A stretch of DNA of 64,000 nt from Candidatus Aenigmatarchaeota archaeon (GTDB taxonomy: Archaea; Aenigmatarchaeota; Aenigmatarchaeia; CG10238-14; WAMV01). The stretch's first letter is position 1, and the number at the start of each line of letters is the position of its first letter. The stretch spans positions 1 to 64,000 of the forward strand of contig WAMV01000007.1 of the NCBI GenBank assembly GCA_015522145.1, given 5' to 3'. Position numbers and translations under genes: made by a program. The notes beneath the pieces were generated by a model that saw nothing but the letters and a program-made list of their open reading frames with translations, had not been told where the DNA came from and made no database searches. Positions 40,699 through 49,111 of this stretch are shown piece after piece.

Positions 40699-40925
40699 GA
40701 AAAAAAAGAGTAAGAACAGCAACTAAAGTAGTAATAAGAAAAGTCAAGAAAAAACCTAAAATTGCTAAGTGTGCAGTATGTAAAAAGCCGTTGCATGGAG
40801 TACCAAGAGAAATACCTTCCCGTATGAGAAAACTGGCAAAAACTGAGAAAAGGCCAGAGAGACCTTTTGGTGGTTATTTATGTTCAGAATGCATGAGAGA
40901 TTATTTTAGGAAGGTGATAGCATGA
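40689..40925 (+). CDS. rpl34e: Ribosomal protein eL34
   Basis: CAVCKKPLHG, RPERPFGGYLC; ATG 40689. Confidence 0.95.
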   Translation: MGVRKKRVRTATKVVIRKVKKKPKIAKCAVCKKPLHGVPREIPSRMRKLAKTEKRPERPFGGYLCSECMRDYFRKVIA

Positions 40926-41218
40926 TAGAAGTAGGCAGGATTTGCTACAAAGTTGCTGGCAGAGAAGCTGGAAGGTATTGTGTCGTTGTAAAAGTAATTA
41001 ACAGCAATTTTGTTTTAGTGACTGGTCCAAAAAACGTTACTGGAGTTAGGAGAAGAAAAGTTAATATAATGCATATTGAGCCAACAAAACACAAGCTTGA
41101 TATTAAAGAGAATGCTAGCGATGAAGAAGTAGCAAAAGCTTGGCAAAAATCAAAACTTTTAAGCAAACTAGGCATAAAAGTTGAAAAGAAAACTAAGAAA
41201 AAACAAAAGGAAGTTTAG
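40922..41218 (+). CDS. rpl14e: Ribosomal protein eL14
   Basis: VGRIC.KVAGREAG, TGP, RRKVN.HIEP. Confidence 0.96.
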   Translation: MIEVGRICYKVAGREAGRYCVVVKVINSNFVLVTGPKNVTGVRRRKVNIMHIEPTKHKLDIKENASDEEVAKAWQKSKLLSKLGIKVEKKTKKKQKEV

Positions 41219-42212
41219 CTCCGCAGGCTTTGCATTTATTCTTTTCTAAATTGACTATTCTTATGTTGTAAGCAAACCTCTCTATTAGCAAAGAGTTGCA
41301 TTCATGACAATAGCTATTTTCTTTAAAACCTGGAACATTACCTATGTAAACATAATTTAAATGTTTTTTAGCTATGTTGTACAATTTTTCCAAAGTTTCT
41401 ATAGGTGTTGGTGGTAAGTTTGATAATTTATAATGAGGAAAGAATCTTAGCAAGTGAAATGGGGTGTTTGGACTTAAATTGTCCGCTATCCATTTAACTA
41501 ATCTTTCTAACTCTTTAGCATCATCTCCTATTTTTGGTATTACTAAATTCGTTATCTCTATGTGAATTTTCTTCTTCTTCATCTCAAGCAAAGTATCGAA
41601 AATTGGAGAAATTTCTGGCACTAACATGTGTTTAACATGCAATTCTTTATTGCCTGCTCCTTTGAAATCAACAGTGCACGCATGCAAATATTTAGCTATT
41701 TTGCCTAAAGCTTCTACTGTTATATAGCCATTCGTTACGAAAGTATTTTTCAAACCTTTTTTAACTGCTAACCTTGCTGTATCATACGCAAACTCAAAAA
41801 ATATGGTTGGTTCTGTGTAAGTATAGCTTATAACTCTACATTCATGTTTTAAAGCCTGATCAACAATCTCTTTTGGGGTTTCATCTTGACCAACAACAAC
41901 ACCTAATTTCTTATCTCTAAAAATTTGACTTATTTCCCAATTTTGACAAAATGCACAAGCAAAATTACAACCTGGACATGCTATAGAATAAGCAAATACA
42001 CCAGGCAAAAAATGGAATAATGGTTTTTTCTCTATAGGATCTACATGCTCAGCAATAATTTTGCCGTAGTTCAAAGAGTATAGCTTGCCGTTAATGTTTT
42101 TTCTAACTAAACAAAAACCTAAGCCATTATTAGGTATTTTACATTTTCTATAGCAAAGATTACACTCCACTAAATTTCCGTTAAGCTTTTTCCATAGCAT
42201 TGCTTCTTTCAT
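41193..42212 (-). CDS. amrS: AmmeMemoRadiSam system radical SAM enzyme
   Basis: DPIEKKPLFHF, CNFACAFCQNWEISQ, SYTYTEP, YVYIGNV. Confidence 0.9.
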   Translation of the reverse strand: MKEAMLWKKLNGNLVECNLCYRKCKIPNNGLGFCLVRKNINGKLYSLNYGKIIAEHVDPIEKKPLFHFLPGVFAYSIACPGCNFACAFCQNWEISQIFRDKKLGVVVGQDETPKEIVDQALKHECRVISYTYTEPTIFFEFAYDTARLAVKKGLKNTFVTNGYITVEALGKIAKYLHACTVDFKGAGNKELHVKHMLVPEISPIFDTLLEMKKKKIHIEITNLVIPKIGDDAKELERLVKWIADNLSPNTPFHLLRFFPHYKLSNLPPTPIETLEKLYNIAKKHLNYVYIGNVPGFKENSYCHECNSLLIERFAYNIRIVNLEKNKCKACGAKLPFVFS

Positions 42213-42242
42213 GATTAAAAAATATTTAACGTAAATTAAATT

Positions 42243-43010
42243 ATGAAAAGAAAACCTTTTGTTGCTGGCTATTTTTATCCAGAAAATAAGAAAATACTTG
42301 AGAAAGTTGTGAAAGAGTTGTTAAAATCTCAGAAAAGAAAAGTTAAAGAAAGAGTTAAGGCTTTAATAGTACCTCATGCAGCTTACGAATACTCTGGCCA
42401 AGTAGCCGCTATGGGTTACAAACAAATAGAGAATCAAAGTTATGAAAAGGTTATAATAATGGCAACAAATCACAGCTACACATTTCTAGAAGGAATTTCT
42501 ATTGGGCTTTATGACTGTTATGAAACTCCTTTGGGTTGTGTTGATGTTCATAAAGATGCAAAAAAATTAAAGTTTAATTTTGTGGAAGATGTGCATACTA
42601 CGCATGTTATAGAAGTTCAGCTTCCCTTCTTGCAAGTAATGTTAAAGAATTTTAAGATAGTTCCGTTGATTTTTGGTAAGGTTGATTGGAATTATTTAAG
42701 AAATGTTGCAAACAAGCTATTAGAAATAATTGACGAGAAAACTCTTTTAATAGCTAGCTCTGACTTATCCCATTATTACGATTATAGTACTGCTAAAAGA
42801 TTGGATGAAGAAACAATAAAATCTATAGTAGAAATGAACCTAAACGATTTAGCTACAAAAGAAGCTTGTTCTCTAGAGGCTTTGATTGTTTTGGTCATGA
42901 TTGCTAAAAAGCTTAAATGGAAAGCAAAATTTTTGGGATACATGAATAGTGGAGATGTATCAGACAATAAATACAGTGTTGTTGGTTATGCTAGCATAGT
43001 TTTTTATTGA
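42243..43010 (+). CDS. amrB: AmmeMemoRadiSam protein B (MEMO1 family)
   Basis: VAGYFYP, PHAAY.YSG, IEVQLPFL, SSDLSHY, VVGYA. Confidence 0.9.
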   Translation: MKRKPFVAGYFYPENKKILEKVVKELLKSQKRKVKERVKALIVPHAAYEYSGQVAAMGYKQIENQSYEKVIIMATNHSYTFLEGISIGLYDCYETPLGCVDVHKDAKKLKFNFVEDVHTTHVIEVQLPFLQVMLKNFKIVPLIFGKVDWNYLRNVANKLLEIIDEKTLLIASSDLSHYYDYSTAKRLDEETIKSIVEMNLNDLATKEACSLEALIVLVMIAKKLKWKAKFLGYMNSGDVSDNKYSVVGYASIVFY

Positions 43011-43031
43011 ATTCGTTAAGATATTCTTAAT

Positions 43032-43226
43032 ATGAAAACTTGGGTTGACAAAGAAAAATGTATAGGTTGTAGCTTATGCTCTGCTTTAGTGCCAGATGTT
43101 TTCGAGCTAGAGGAAGATGGAAAGGCAAGAGCCAAAGTTGAAAAAGTTCCAGAAAATTTAGAAAAATTGGTTGAGCAGGCTAAAGACATGTGCCCAGTTT
43201 TTGCAATAATTGTTGAAAAAGATTAA
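43032..43226 (+). CDS. Single-cluster ferredoxin
   Basis: CIGCSLC...CPV. Confidence 0.92.
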   Translation: MKTWVDKEKCIGCSLCSALVPDVFELEEDGKARAKVEKVPENLEKLVEQAKDMCPVFAIIVEKD

Positions 43227-44377
43227 ACTATATGCCTGTACCATTTTCTCAAAAAGTAAGATAGTAATAAGGGTGATGTTATCGTTAATATTGTTATCGA
43301 GGAAATTATAGAGCTGAATAAAAGAGAATCAATAACATTATTTAAGTATAAAAATTGAGCCACAACTATACCTGTTGAAAACCTAACGGAGAGAGCAATT
43401 CCAAGCAAAATGGAATTTTTATAACCTAGCTCTTTTTTACTTCCTAAAATGCTTCCAGCTACTTTAGCAAAATAGCTGAGAAAAATTATAAGAAAAGTTA
43501 GCAATGGGTTTGCTATAACACTTGTTAAATTAACAGAATAGCCGACATCAAAAAAGAAAATGGGAGCTAGAAGGCCATAACCAACAAACTTTATCCCCTC
43601 TTCTATTACTTCGCTAGTTTTCTTACTCAAAAGATTTTTTAAAACTATGCCTGCCACAAAAGCAGAAAGTATTTCTGCAGAAGCCAAACTACCAAAGCTC
43701 ATGAACACAAACAAAACAAATAAAGAAAAAAGGAACGCTTCTTCAATTTTCGGCACTTTAACAAGCCTCCTTTCTATGTTTTTGAATTTGATTAAAATTA
43801 CGGAAAATGCTAAGATAGCTAATAAGGCTAGAGAAGCGTTGGCTAGAAACTCATAGCTCTGCCCAGCTATTAAAATGGAAGCTAAAAGTATTGCGACAAT
43901 CTCAAACAAATCGTCAAAAACGCCTATACCAATAATAGTGGTACCTAGCTTGCTTTTGAACAGTTTGAACTCATCTAATATGGGCACCAAAACAGCTTCT
44001 CCAATTGTGGCTATGCTTAATGCTGTGATGAATGCTACAATTAGCGTATATCCAAAGCTTGATATTAGAAAAGTGCCTGCTAAAATATCTAGCAGGATTA
44101 TAATGAATGTTGTGGCTATTATTGCTTTTCTTAATTTTTTGAATTTTTTCCAGTCAAACTCAAAACCTATTAAAAAAAGTAAAAATATCATACCTAAGTT
44201 AGACAAAAATTGAAAATCGGGCGAGCTAGTAACCTGAGTTAAATCTACTGAAGTTATAGAAAAAAACATTCCTAAAAACAAAGCCATAAAAAGCCAGGGT
44301 ATTTTTATTTTTTCAATTTGTTTACCAAGAAAAAAAGTTACAGCATATATTATTGCTAGAAGGGCAAAAATTTCCAT
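43223..44377 (-). CDS. Cation:proton antiporter (CPA2-like)
   Basis: About 12 TMs, LLFLIGFE, GVFDD, PIFF. Confidence 0.88.
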   Translation of the reverse strand: MEIFALLAIIYAVTFFLGKQIEKIKIPWLFMALFLGMFFSITSVDLTQVTSSPDFQFLSNLGMIFLLFLIGFEFDWKKFKKLRKAIIATTFIIILLDILAGTFLISSFGYTLIVAFITALSIATIGEAVLVPILDEFKLFKSKLGTTIIGIGVFDDLFEIVAILLASILIAGQSYEFLANASLALLAILAFSVILIKFKNIERRLVKVPKIEEAFLFSLFVLFVFMSFGSLASAEILSAFVAGIVLKNLLSKKTSEVIEEGIKFVGYGLLAPIFFFDVGYSVNLTSVIANPLLTFLIIFLSYFAKVAGSILGSKKELGYKNSILLGIALSVRFSTGIVVAQFLYLNNVIDSLLFSSIISSITILTITSPLLLSYFLRKWYRHIV

Positions 44378-44417
44378 AATAATTTTTTAAGAGTTATGAA
44401 AATAAGCTTTTTATTAA

Positions 44418-45374
44418 ATGTGGTATATTAAGGCTAGAGAAGAAACTTTAGAAGAATTTGGAAAATCTCCTGAAGAAAGGAGTATAGGGGAGCTTATAGA
44501 ATCTGCTGTAGTTATTGTTGATAAGCATGCAGGCCCCACAAGCCACCAAATAACGCAATGGACAAAAGAAATTTTTAACGCTAAAAAAGCTGGTCATGCT
44601 GGAACGCTGGACCCACAGGTAACAGGAGTTTTGCCTGTAGCTTTAAATGATGCAACAAAAGCTATGATAGTTTTGATGGGTCTGGATAAAGAGTATGTTG
44701 GAGTAATGCATCTACATAAAGAAGTTAGCGAAGGTGTTTTAAGGCAAGCCATGCAGAAATTTGTTGGAGAAATAATTCAAGTACCTCCAAAAAGGTCTGC
44801 TGTAGCAAGAAGACCTAGGAGAAAAAGAGTTTATGTATTTGATATAGTAGAAATGGAAGGAAAAGATGTTTTATTTTATGTTAAATGTGAAGCAGGCGTA
44901 TATGTAAGGAAGTTAGTGCATGATTTGGGCCAAGCTCTAGGCATAGGTGCTCATATGACAGAGTTGAGAAGAACTAAAGCTGGTCATTTTGATGAAAAGC
45001 AAGCTAAGCCTTTAATCGAAATTAGAGATGCTTACGAAATTTGGAAAAGTGAAGGTGATGAAAGCATGTTAAAAGAAATTTTAATACCTATAGAGCATGC
45101 TATACCACATGTGAAAAAAGTGTTTGTTAAAGATACTGCTATAGCGCAAATATGTAATGGTGCCCCTGTTTACGCTAGTGGGCTCGTAAGAATACAAAAA
45201 GATATAAAGCCTGGTGAAATAGTCGGAATTTTTAGCTTAAAAAATGAATTGATTGCATTAGGCATAGCTAAAATGAGTGCAAAGGAAATGTACAATAAAA
45301 GTAGGGGAATTGCTGTAAGAACTGACAGGGTTATAATGAAAAAAGATGTTTACCCTGATTTCAGAAAAAAATAA
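44418..45374 (+). CDS. cbf5: H/ACA pseudouridine synthase Cbf5
   Basis: GPTSHQ, GHAGTLDP, ELRRT, C-terminal PUA domain. Confidence 0.96.
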   Translation: MWYIKAREETLEEFGKSPEERSIGELIESAVVIVDKHAGPTSHQITQWTKEIFNAKKAGHAGTLDPQVTGVLPVALNDATKAMIVLMGLDKEYVGVMHLHKEVSEGVLRQAMQKFVGEIIQVPPKRSAVARRPRRKRVYVFDIVEMEGKDVLFYVKCEAGVYVRKLVHDLGQALGIGAHMTELRRTKAGHFDEKQAKPLIEIRDAYEIWKSEGDESMLKEILIPIEHAIPHVKKVFVKDTAIAQICNGAPVYASGLVRIQKDIKPGEIVGIFSLKNELIALGIAKMSAKEMYNKSRGIAVRTDRVIMKKDVYPDFRKK

Positions 45375-45376
45375 AG

Positions 45377-45384
45377 TTTAAAAA
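45377..45384 (+). promoter_or_regulatory. TATA box for the leader-tRNA-Ser transcript
   Basis: TTTAAAAA after a purine-rich BRE-like stretch; spacing at the other tRNAs predicts a start near 45408. Confidence 0.55.
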
Positions 45385-45406
45385 ATCAACCAAAGCAAAT
45401 TAAAAT

Positions 45407-45451
45407 TAGTCTCAAGGTCTGATAGCAAGATGATGAGCACTGGCTTTGCAT
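45407..45451 (+). ncRNA. C'/D'-type guide element in the pre-tRNA-Ser(UGA) 5' leader
   Basis: Guide TAGTCTCAAGGT, CTGA, 7 nt, ATGATGA, guide GCACTGGCTTT; guides complementary to 45483-45494 and 45550-45560. Confidence 0.8.
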
Positions 45452-45599
45452 GCCCGGGTGGCGGAACCAGGCTAACGCGCCGGCCTTGAGACTACCATGA
45501 GAATGTTGGCTTGACCCTGAAAAACATGATGATAAGGAGGTGAGTCGAGAAAGCCGGTGCCCCTTACGGGGCGTGTGGGTTCAAATCCCACCCCGGGCG
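45452..45599 (+). tRNA. tRNA-Ser(TGA) with 61-nt intron at 37/38 (intron 45491-45551)
   Basis: GCCCGGG/CCCGGGC, CCGGC/GCCGG, loop CT-TGA-G|A, central BHB helix CTTG/CGAG with 3-nt AAA bulge, long variable arm, G73. Confidence 0.95.
45491..45551 (+). ncRNA. Putative intron-encoded box C/D sRNA
   Basis: ATGAGAA(45497), 13 nt, CTGA(45517), 5 nt, ATGATGA(45526), 14 nt, GAGA(45547). Confidence 0.72.
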
Positions 45600-45655
45600 T
45601 AGAAATTTTAGCTATCTAAAGAAAGTTAAATTTAAATCTCGTGGAATTATATTTA

Positions 45656-46222
45656 ATGGAAAAAATAACCTGCAGCTATTGTGGCAGAAAGTTTGATAAT
45701 GAAAATTCTTTAAAACAACATAAACAAGCCAAACACCCCAGCGAGTTCCAAAAAGAAATAGAAAACAAAATTAAAGAGCATACACAAAGAAGGCAATTAA
45801 TCAGCATAGCTAAGTATTCTGTAGCTCTTTTAATTCTAGCTATAGCAGCTTTTTACTTACCAACACTTATCCAAATTAAGTATTACCCACCAACAACTAT
45901 TGAGGGACATGTGGAAGCTTATCCTCCAGCTAGAGTTGTAAAAGAACCTATACCAGAACCTATACAAAAACATATTCTGGAGCATGTACCGACTAGCTTT
46001 GGAAACAGACCTGGCGTTCTAATACAATATAATTGTGAAAAGTTTGATTGTGCTCCTGATTTAATTGTTAAACTGGAAAACTTGACAAGATTTTATGAGT
46101 ATTTGTACGTTGCTCCCAATCCTAAGATAGATGCTAAAATTGCTCTAACAAAATTTGGACAGATATTAATTTTGGATGATTATGACGAACAAAGAATAAG
46201 GGAATTTATAGAAAGTTTTTAA
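45656..46222 (+). CDS. Membrane protein with N-terminal C2H2 zinc finger
   Basis: CSYC...QHKQAKH, one TM, His-containing outer domain (QKHILEH, QYNC). Confidence 0.75.
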   Translation: MEKITCSYCGRKFDNENSLKQHKQAKHPSEFQKEIENKIKEHTQRRQLISIAKYSVALLILAIAAFYLPTLIQIKYYPPTTIEGHVEAYPPARVVKEPIPEPIQKHILEHVPTSFGNRPGVLIQYNCEKFDCAPDLIVKLENLTRFYEYLYVAPNPKIDAKIALTKFGQILILDDYDEQRIREFIESF

Positions 46223-46246
46223 GCAAATAAACTAAACTAATTTTAC

Positions 46247-48391
46247 ATGGAACATTCCCATCATGACCATGCTCATCATATGGAAGAATTTAAGAAAAAA
46301 TTCATTATAGCAACTATACTAACGATACCAGTTCTTTTACTTTCAGAAACTATACAGCTTTGGCTGGGCTTTAGCTTTCAAATTCCTTATCAAAAATATG
46401 TTGTTCTTGCTTTAAGCTCTATTATTTATTTCTACGCAGGAATGCCTTTCTTGAAAGGTAGTTATAATGAATTGAAGGCAAGACAGCCAGGCATGATGAC
46501 ACTTGTTGCAAGCGCTATAAGCGTAGCTTATTTTTACTCTGTTTTTGTTGTGTTTACTGGTAGAGGTAGGGAATTTTTCTGGGAGCTAGCAACGCTTATA
46601 GATGTGATGCTTCTAGGTCATTGGATTGAGGCTAAAAGTGTTTTAGGAGCAAGTAAAGCTTTAGAAGAATTAGCAAAGTTGATGCCAACCTACGCTCATC
46701 TAATCAAAAATGGCGAAGTTGTGGATGTAAGTGTAGAAGAGTTAAAGGTTGGTGATATAGTTTTGGTTAAGCCTGGGGAAAAAATACCTAGCGATGGTGT
46801 TATCATAGAAGGTTCTTCTTTTGTAAATGAAGCTTTACTAACTGGCGAGTCCAAACCTGTTAGCAAAAAGGAAGGTGATAAAGTTATAGCTGGTTCTATT
46901 AATGGTGAAGGAAGTTTAAAAGTTAAGGTAGAAAAAACTGGAAAGGATATTTACCTTGCCCAAGTAATGGAACTTGTTAAGCAAGCTCAGCAAAGCAAAA
47001 GCAGAACGCAAGATTTAGCTAATAAAGCAGCTTCCCTGTTGTTTTATGTTGCATTAATTTCTGGTATTATTACTTATTCTGTTTGGAGTTTCTACGGCAT
47101 GCCAGATGCAGCATTGGAAAGGACAGTAACAGTTTTAGTAATTGCATGCCCTCATGCTCTTGGCCTGGCTATTCCTCTTGTCGTTGCAATTTCTACAGCT
47201 ATAACAGCTAAGCAAGGAATACTAATAAGGAATAGAAAAGCATTTGAGGAAGTTAAGGATGTTGATGTTGTTGTTTTTGATAAAACTGGTACGCTAACTC
47301 TTGGAGAGCTAGAAGTTAGCGATGTCTGGAGTAAGATTGATGAGAAAGAATTGCTTAGCTATGCTGCAAGCCTAGAAGTTCATTCTGAGCATATTATCGG
47401 AAGGGCAATAGTTGATTATGCTAAGAAAAAAGGCATAGAAATTAAACAAGTTAATGAATTTAAAGCCATTCCTGGAAAGGGAGTCTTTGGCATCATAGAT
47501 GGTAAAGAGATTTATGTGGGAAGTGAGGAATTGTTAAAAGACCTGGAGCTCCAAGAAACAAACGAAAAAATAAAAGAATGGCAGAGCAAAGGAAAATCTA
47601 TAATTTTTGTTGTTGTTAATAAAGAAGTAGTTGGGGCATTTGCTTTGGAAGACAAAATAAGAGAAGAGTCTTTGCAAGCAGTTGAAAAACTTAAGGAAAT
47701 AGGAATAAAAGTTTACATGATAACAGGAGATGCTGAGGAAGTTGCTAAAGATGTGGCTACAAGGCTAGGAATAGACAATTTCTTCGCTAGAGTATTACCA
47801 GATCAAAAAGCAAACAAAATAAAAGAACTTCAAGAAAAAGGCTATAAAGTTGCCATGGTTGGTGATGGTATAAATGATGCTCCAGCCTTAATGCAGGCTG
47901 ATGTTGGTATAGCTATTGGCGCTGGCACAGATGTGGCTATAGAAAGTGCCGACATAATATTAGTAAGAAATAATCCTCTGGATGTTGTTAAAATAATTAA
48001 AATAGCTAGAAGTGTTTACTCTAAGATGGTTCAGAATTTATGGTGGGCAGCAGGCTATAACATTATTGCAATACCTTTAGCTGCAGGAATACTAGCTAAT
48101 TATGGAATAATAATTTCTCCAGCCATAGGAGCTATTTTAATGTCTCTAAGCACCATAATAGTTGCAATAAATGCGCAAACATTAAGAAAATTGGAGCCAA
48201 AAACTGAGGTAAAGGAAGTGGTTTATAGGGATGTTGTGTGTGGTATGAATGCAGAAAACTCTGACATTAAGTTTGAGTATGAAAACATAGTTTACCACTT
48301 CTGTTCTGAAAACTGCTTAAAAGAATTTAAGAAAAATCCTAAAAAATACTTAAAGGGTGGTTCTGAGCATATGCACGCCCATCATCATTGA
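46247..48391 (+). CDS. copB: P1B-type copper ATPase (CPH/CopB type) with C-terminal YHS domain
   Basis: His-rich N-terminus, TGES, CPHALG, DKTGT, GDGINDAP, YN, MSLST; DVVCGM...YHFCSENC. Confidence 0.92.
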   Translation: MEHSHHDHAHHMEEFKKKFIIATILTIPVLLLSETIQLWLGFSFQIPYQKYVVLALSSIIYFYAGMPFLKGSYNELKARQPGMMTLVASAISVAYFYSVFVVFTGRGREFFWELATLIDVMLLGHWIEAKSVLGASKALEELAKLMPTYAHLIKNGEVVDVSVEELKVGDIVLVKPGEKIPSDGVIIEGSSFVNEALLTGESKPVSKKEGDKVIAGSINGEGSLKVKVEKTGKDIYLAQVMELVKQAQQSKSRTQDLANKAASLLFYVALISGIITYSVWSFYGMPDAALERTVTVLVIACPHALGLAIPLVVAISTAITAKQGILIRNRKAFEEVKDVDVVVFDKTGTLTLGELEVSDVWSKIDEKELLSYAASLEVHSEHIIGRAIVDYAKKKGIEIKQVNEFKAIPGKGVFGIIDGKEIYVGSEELLKDLELQETNEKIKEWQSKGKSIIFVVVNKEVVGAFALEDKIREESLQAVEKLKEIGIKVYMITGDAEEVAKDVATRLGIDNFFARVLPDQKANKIKELQEKGYKVAMVGDGINDAPALMQADVGIAIGAGTDVAIESADIILVRNNPLDVVKIIKIARSVYSKMVQNLWWAAGYNIIAIPLAAGILANYGIIISPAIGAILMSLSTIIVAINAQTLRKLEPKTEVKEVVYRDVVCGMNAENSDIKFEYENIVYHFCSENCLKEFKKNPKKYLKGGSEHMHAHHH

Positions 48392-49074
48392 AGGAACTGA
48401 TTAATTACAGTCTCAAACGTTTGGTAAGGTTGAGCTCCAACTATTTTTACACCATTTATGAAGAATGTTGGTGTTCCTTGGACACCGTAGCTTACACCAT
48501 CTTGATAATCTTTTTGTACTTCTTGAGCATATTTGCCAGAATCTAAGCAGGAGCTAAATTGCTCCAAATCCAAACCAAGTTCTGCAGCGTAGTCTTTGAA
48601 TTTTTGAACTCCCTGAGTTGACCATTCAGATTGTCTTTCAAACAATATGTCGTGGTATTCCCAATACTTACCCTGCTCTCCAGCACACTCTGCTGCCTCA
48701 GCAGCTTTTTGAGCATATTGGTGGAAGTTTAAAGGAAAGTCTCTATAAACAAGTTTGACCTTGCCTGTATCTATGAAATTTTGTTTGATTAAAGGCAATG
48801 TTTGTTGCCAGAATCTCCTACAGAATGGGCATTGGTAATCGCTAAACTCTATGATGGTTACAGGAGCGTTTGGATCGCCTAGCACAGGATCGTCATCAGC
48901 ACTAACTTGAACTCGAGTAGGCTGTTGTTTAGGCACTTCTTTAGGAATCGCTTGATCTGCTGTGTCTGTGGGTGTTTCTGTGGGTGTTAATTGAGAGTAT
49001 ATACTAAAAGTCGCAACTAGATTAATAGCCACTAATATTGTTAAGACTATTAACAAAGTTTCATAGCGTCTCAT
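48385..49074 (-). CDS. DsbA/BdbD-like thiol-disulfide oxidoreductase
   Basis: N-terminal anchor, DYQCPFC, RDFPL, GTPTF, GAQP. Confidence 0.92.
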   Translation of the reverse strand: MRRYETLLIVLTILVAINLVATFSIYSQLTPTETPTDTADQAIPKEVPKQQPTRVQVSADDDPVLGDPNAPVTIIEFSDYQCPFCRRFWQQTLPLIKQNFIDTGKVKLVYRDFPLNFHQYAQKAAEAAECAGEQGKYWEYHDILFERQSEWSTQGVQKFKDYAAELGLDLEQFSSCLDSGKYAQEVQKDYQDGVSYGVQGTPTFFINGVKIVGAQPYQTFETVINQFLQ

Positions 49075-49111
49075 AAATTAAATATGGGGAAGGATTTATA
49101 ATTGTTATTTA

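Noticed and set aside
45407..45451. Leader as a split/permuted tRNA fragment or an att-site remnant
   Set aside because: Matches are antisense, the tRNA is complete, and the two segments flank intact D'/C' boxes in guide positions
45533..45543. TAAGGAGGTGA as a ribosome-binding site for a hidden ORF
   Set aside because: No suitably spaced start codon follows and the downstream sequence is the tRNA 3' exon
45452..45599. TGA anticodon and long variable arm read as tRNA-Sec or a suppressor
   Set aside because: Anticodon 5'-UGA-3' decodes UCA (Ser); tRNA-Sec has anticodon UCA. The 7-bp acceptor stem is canonical
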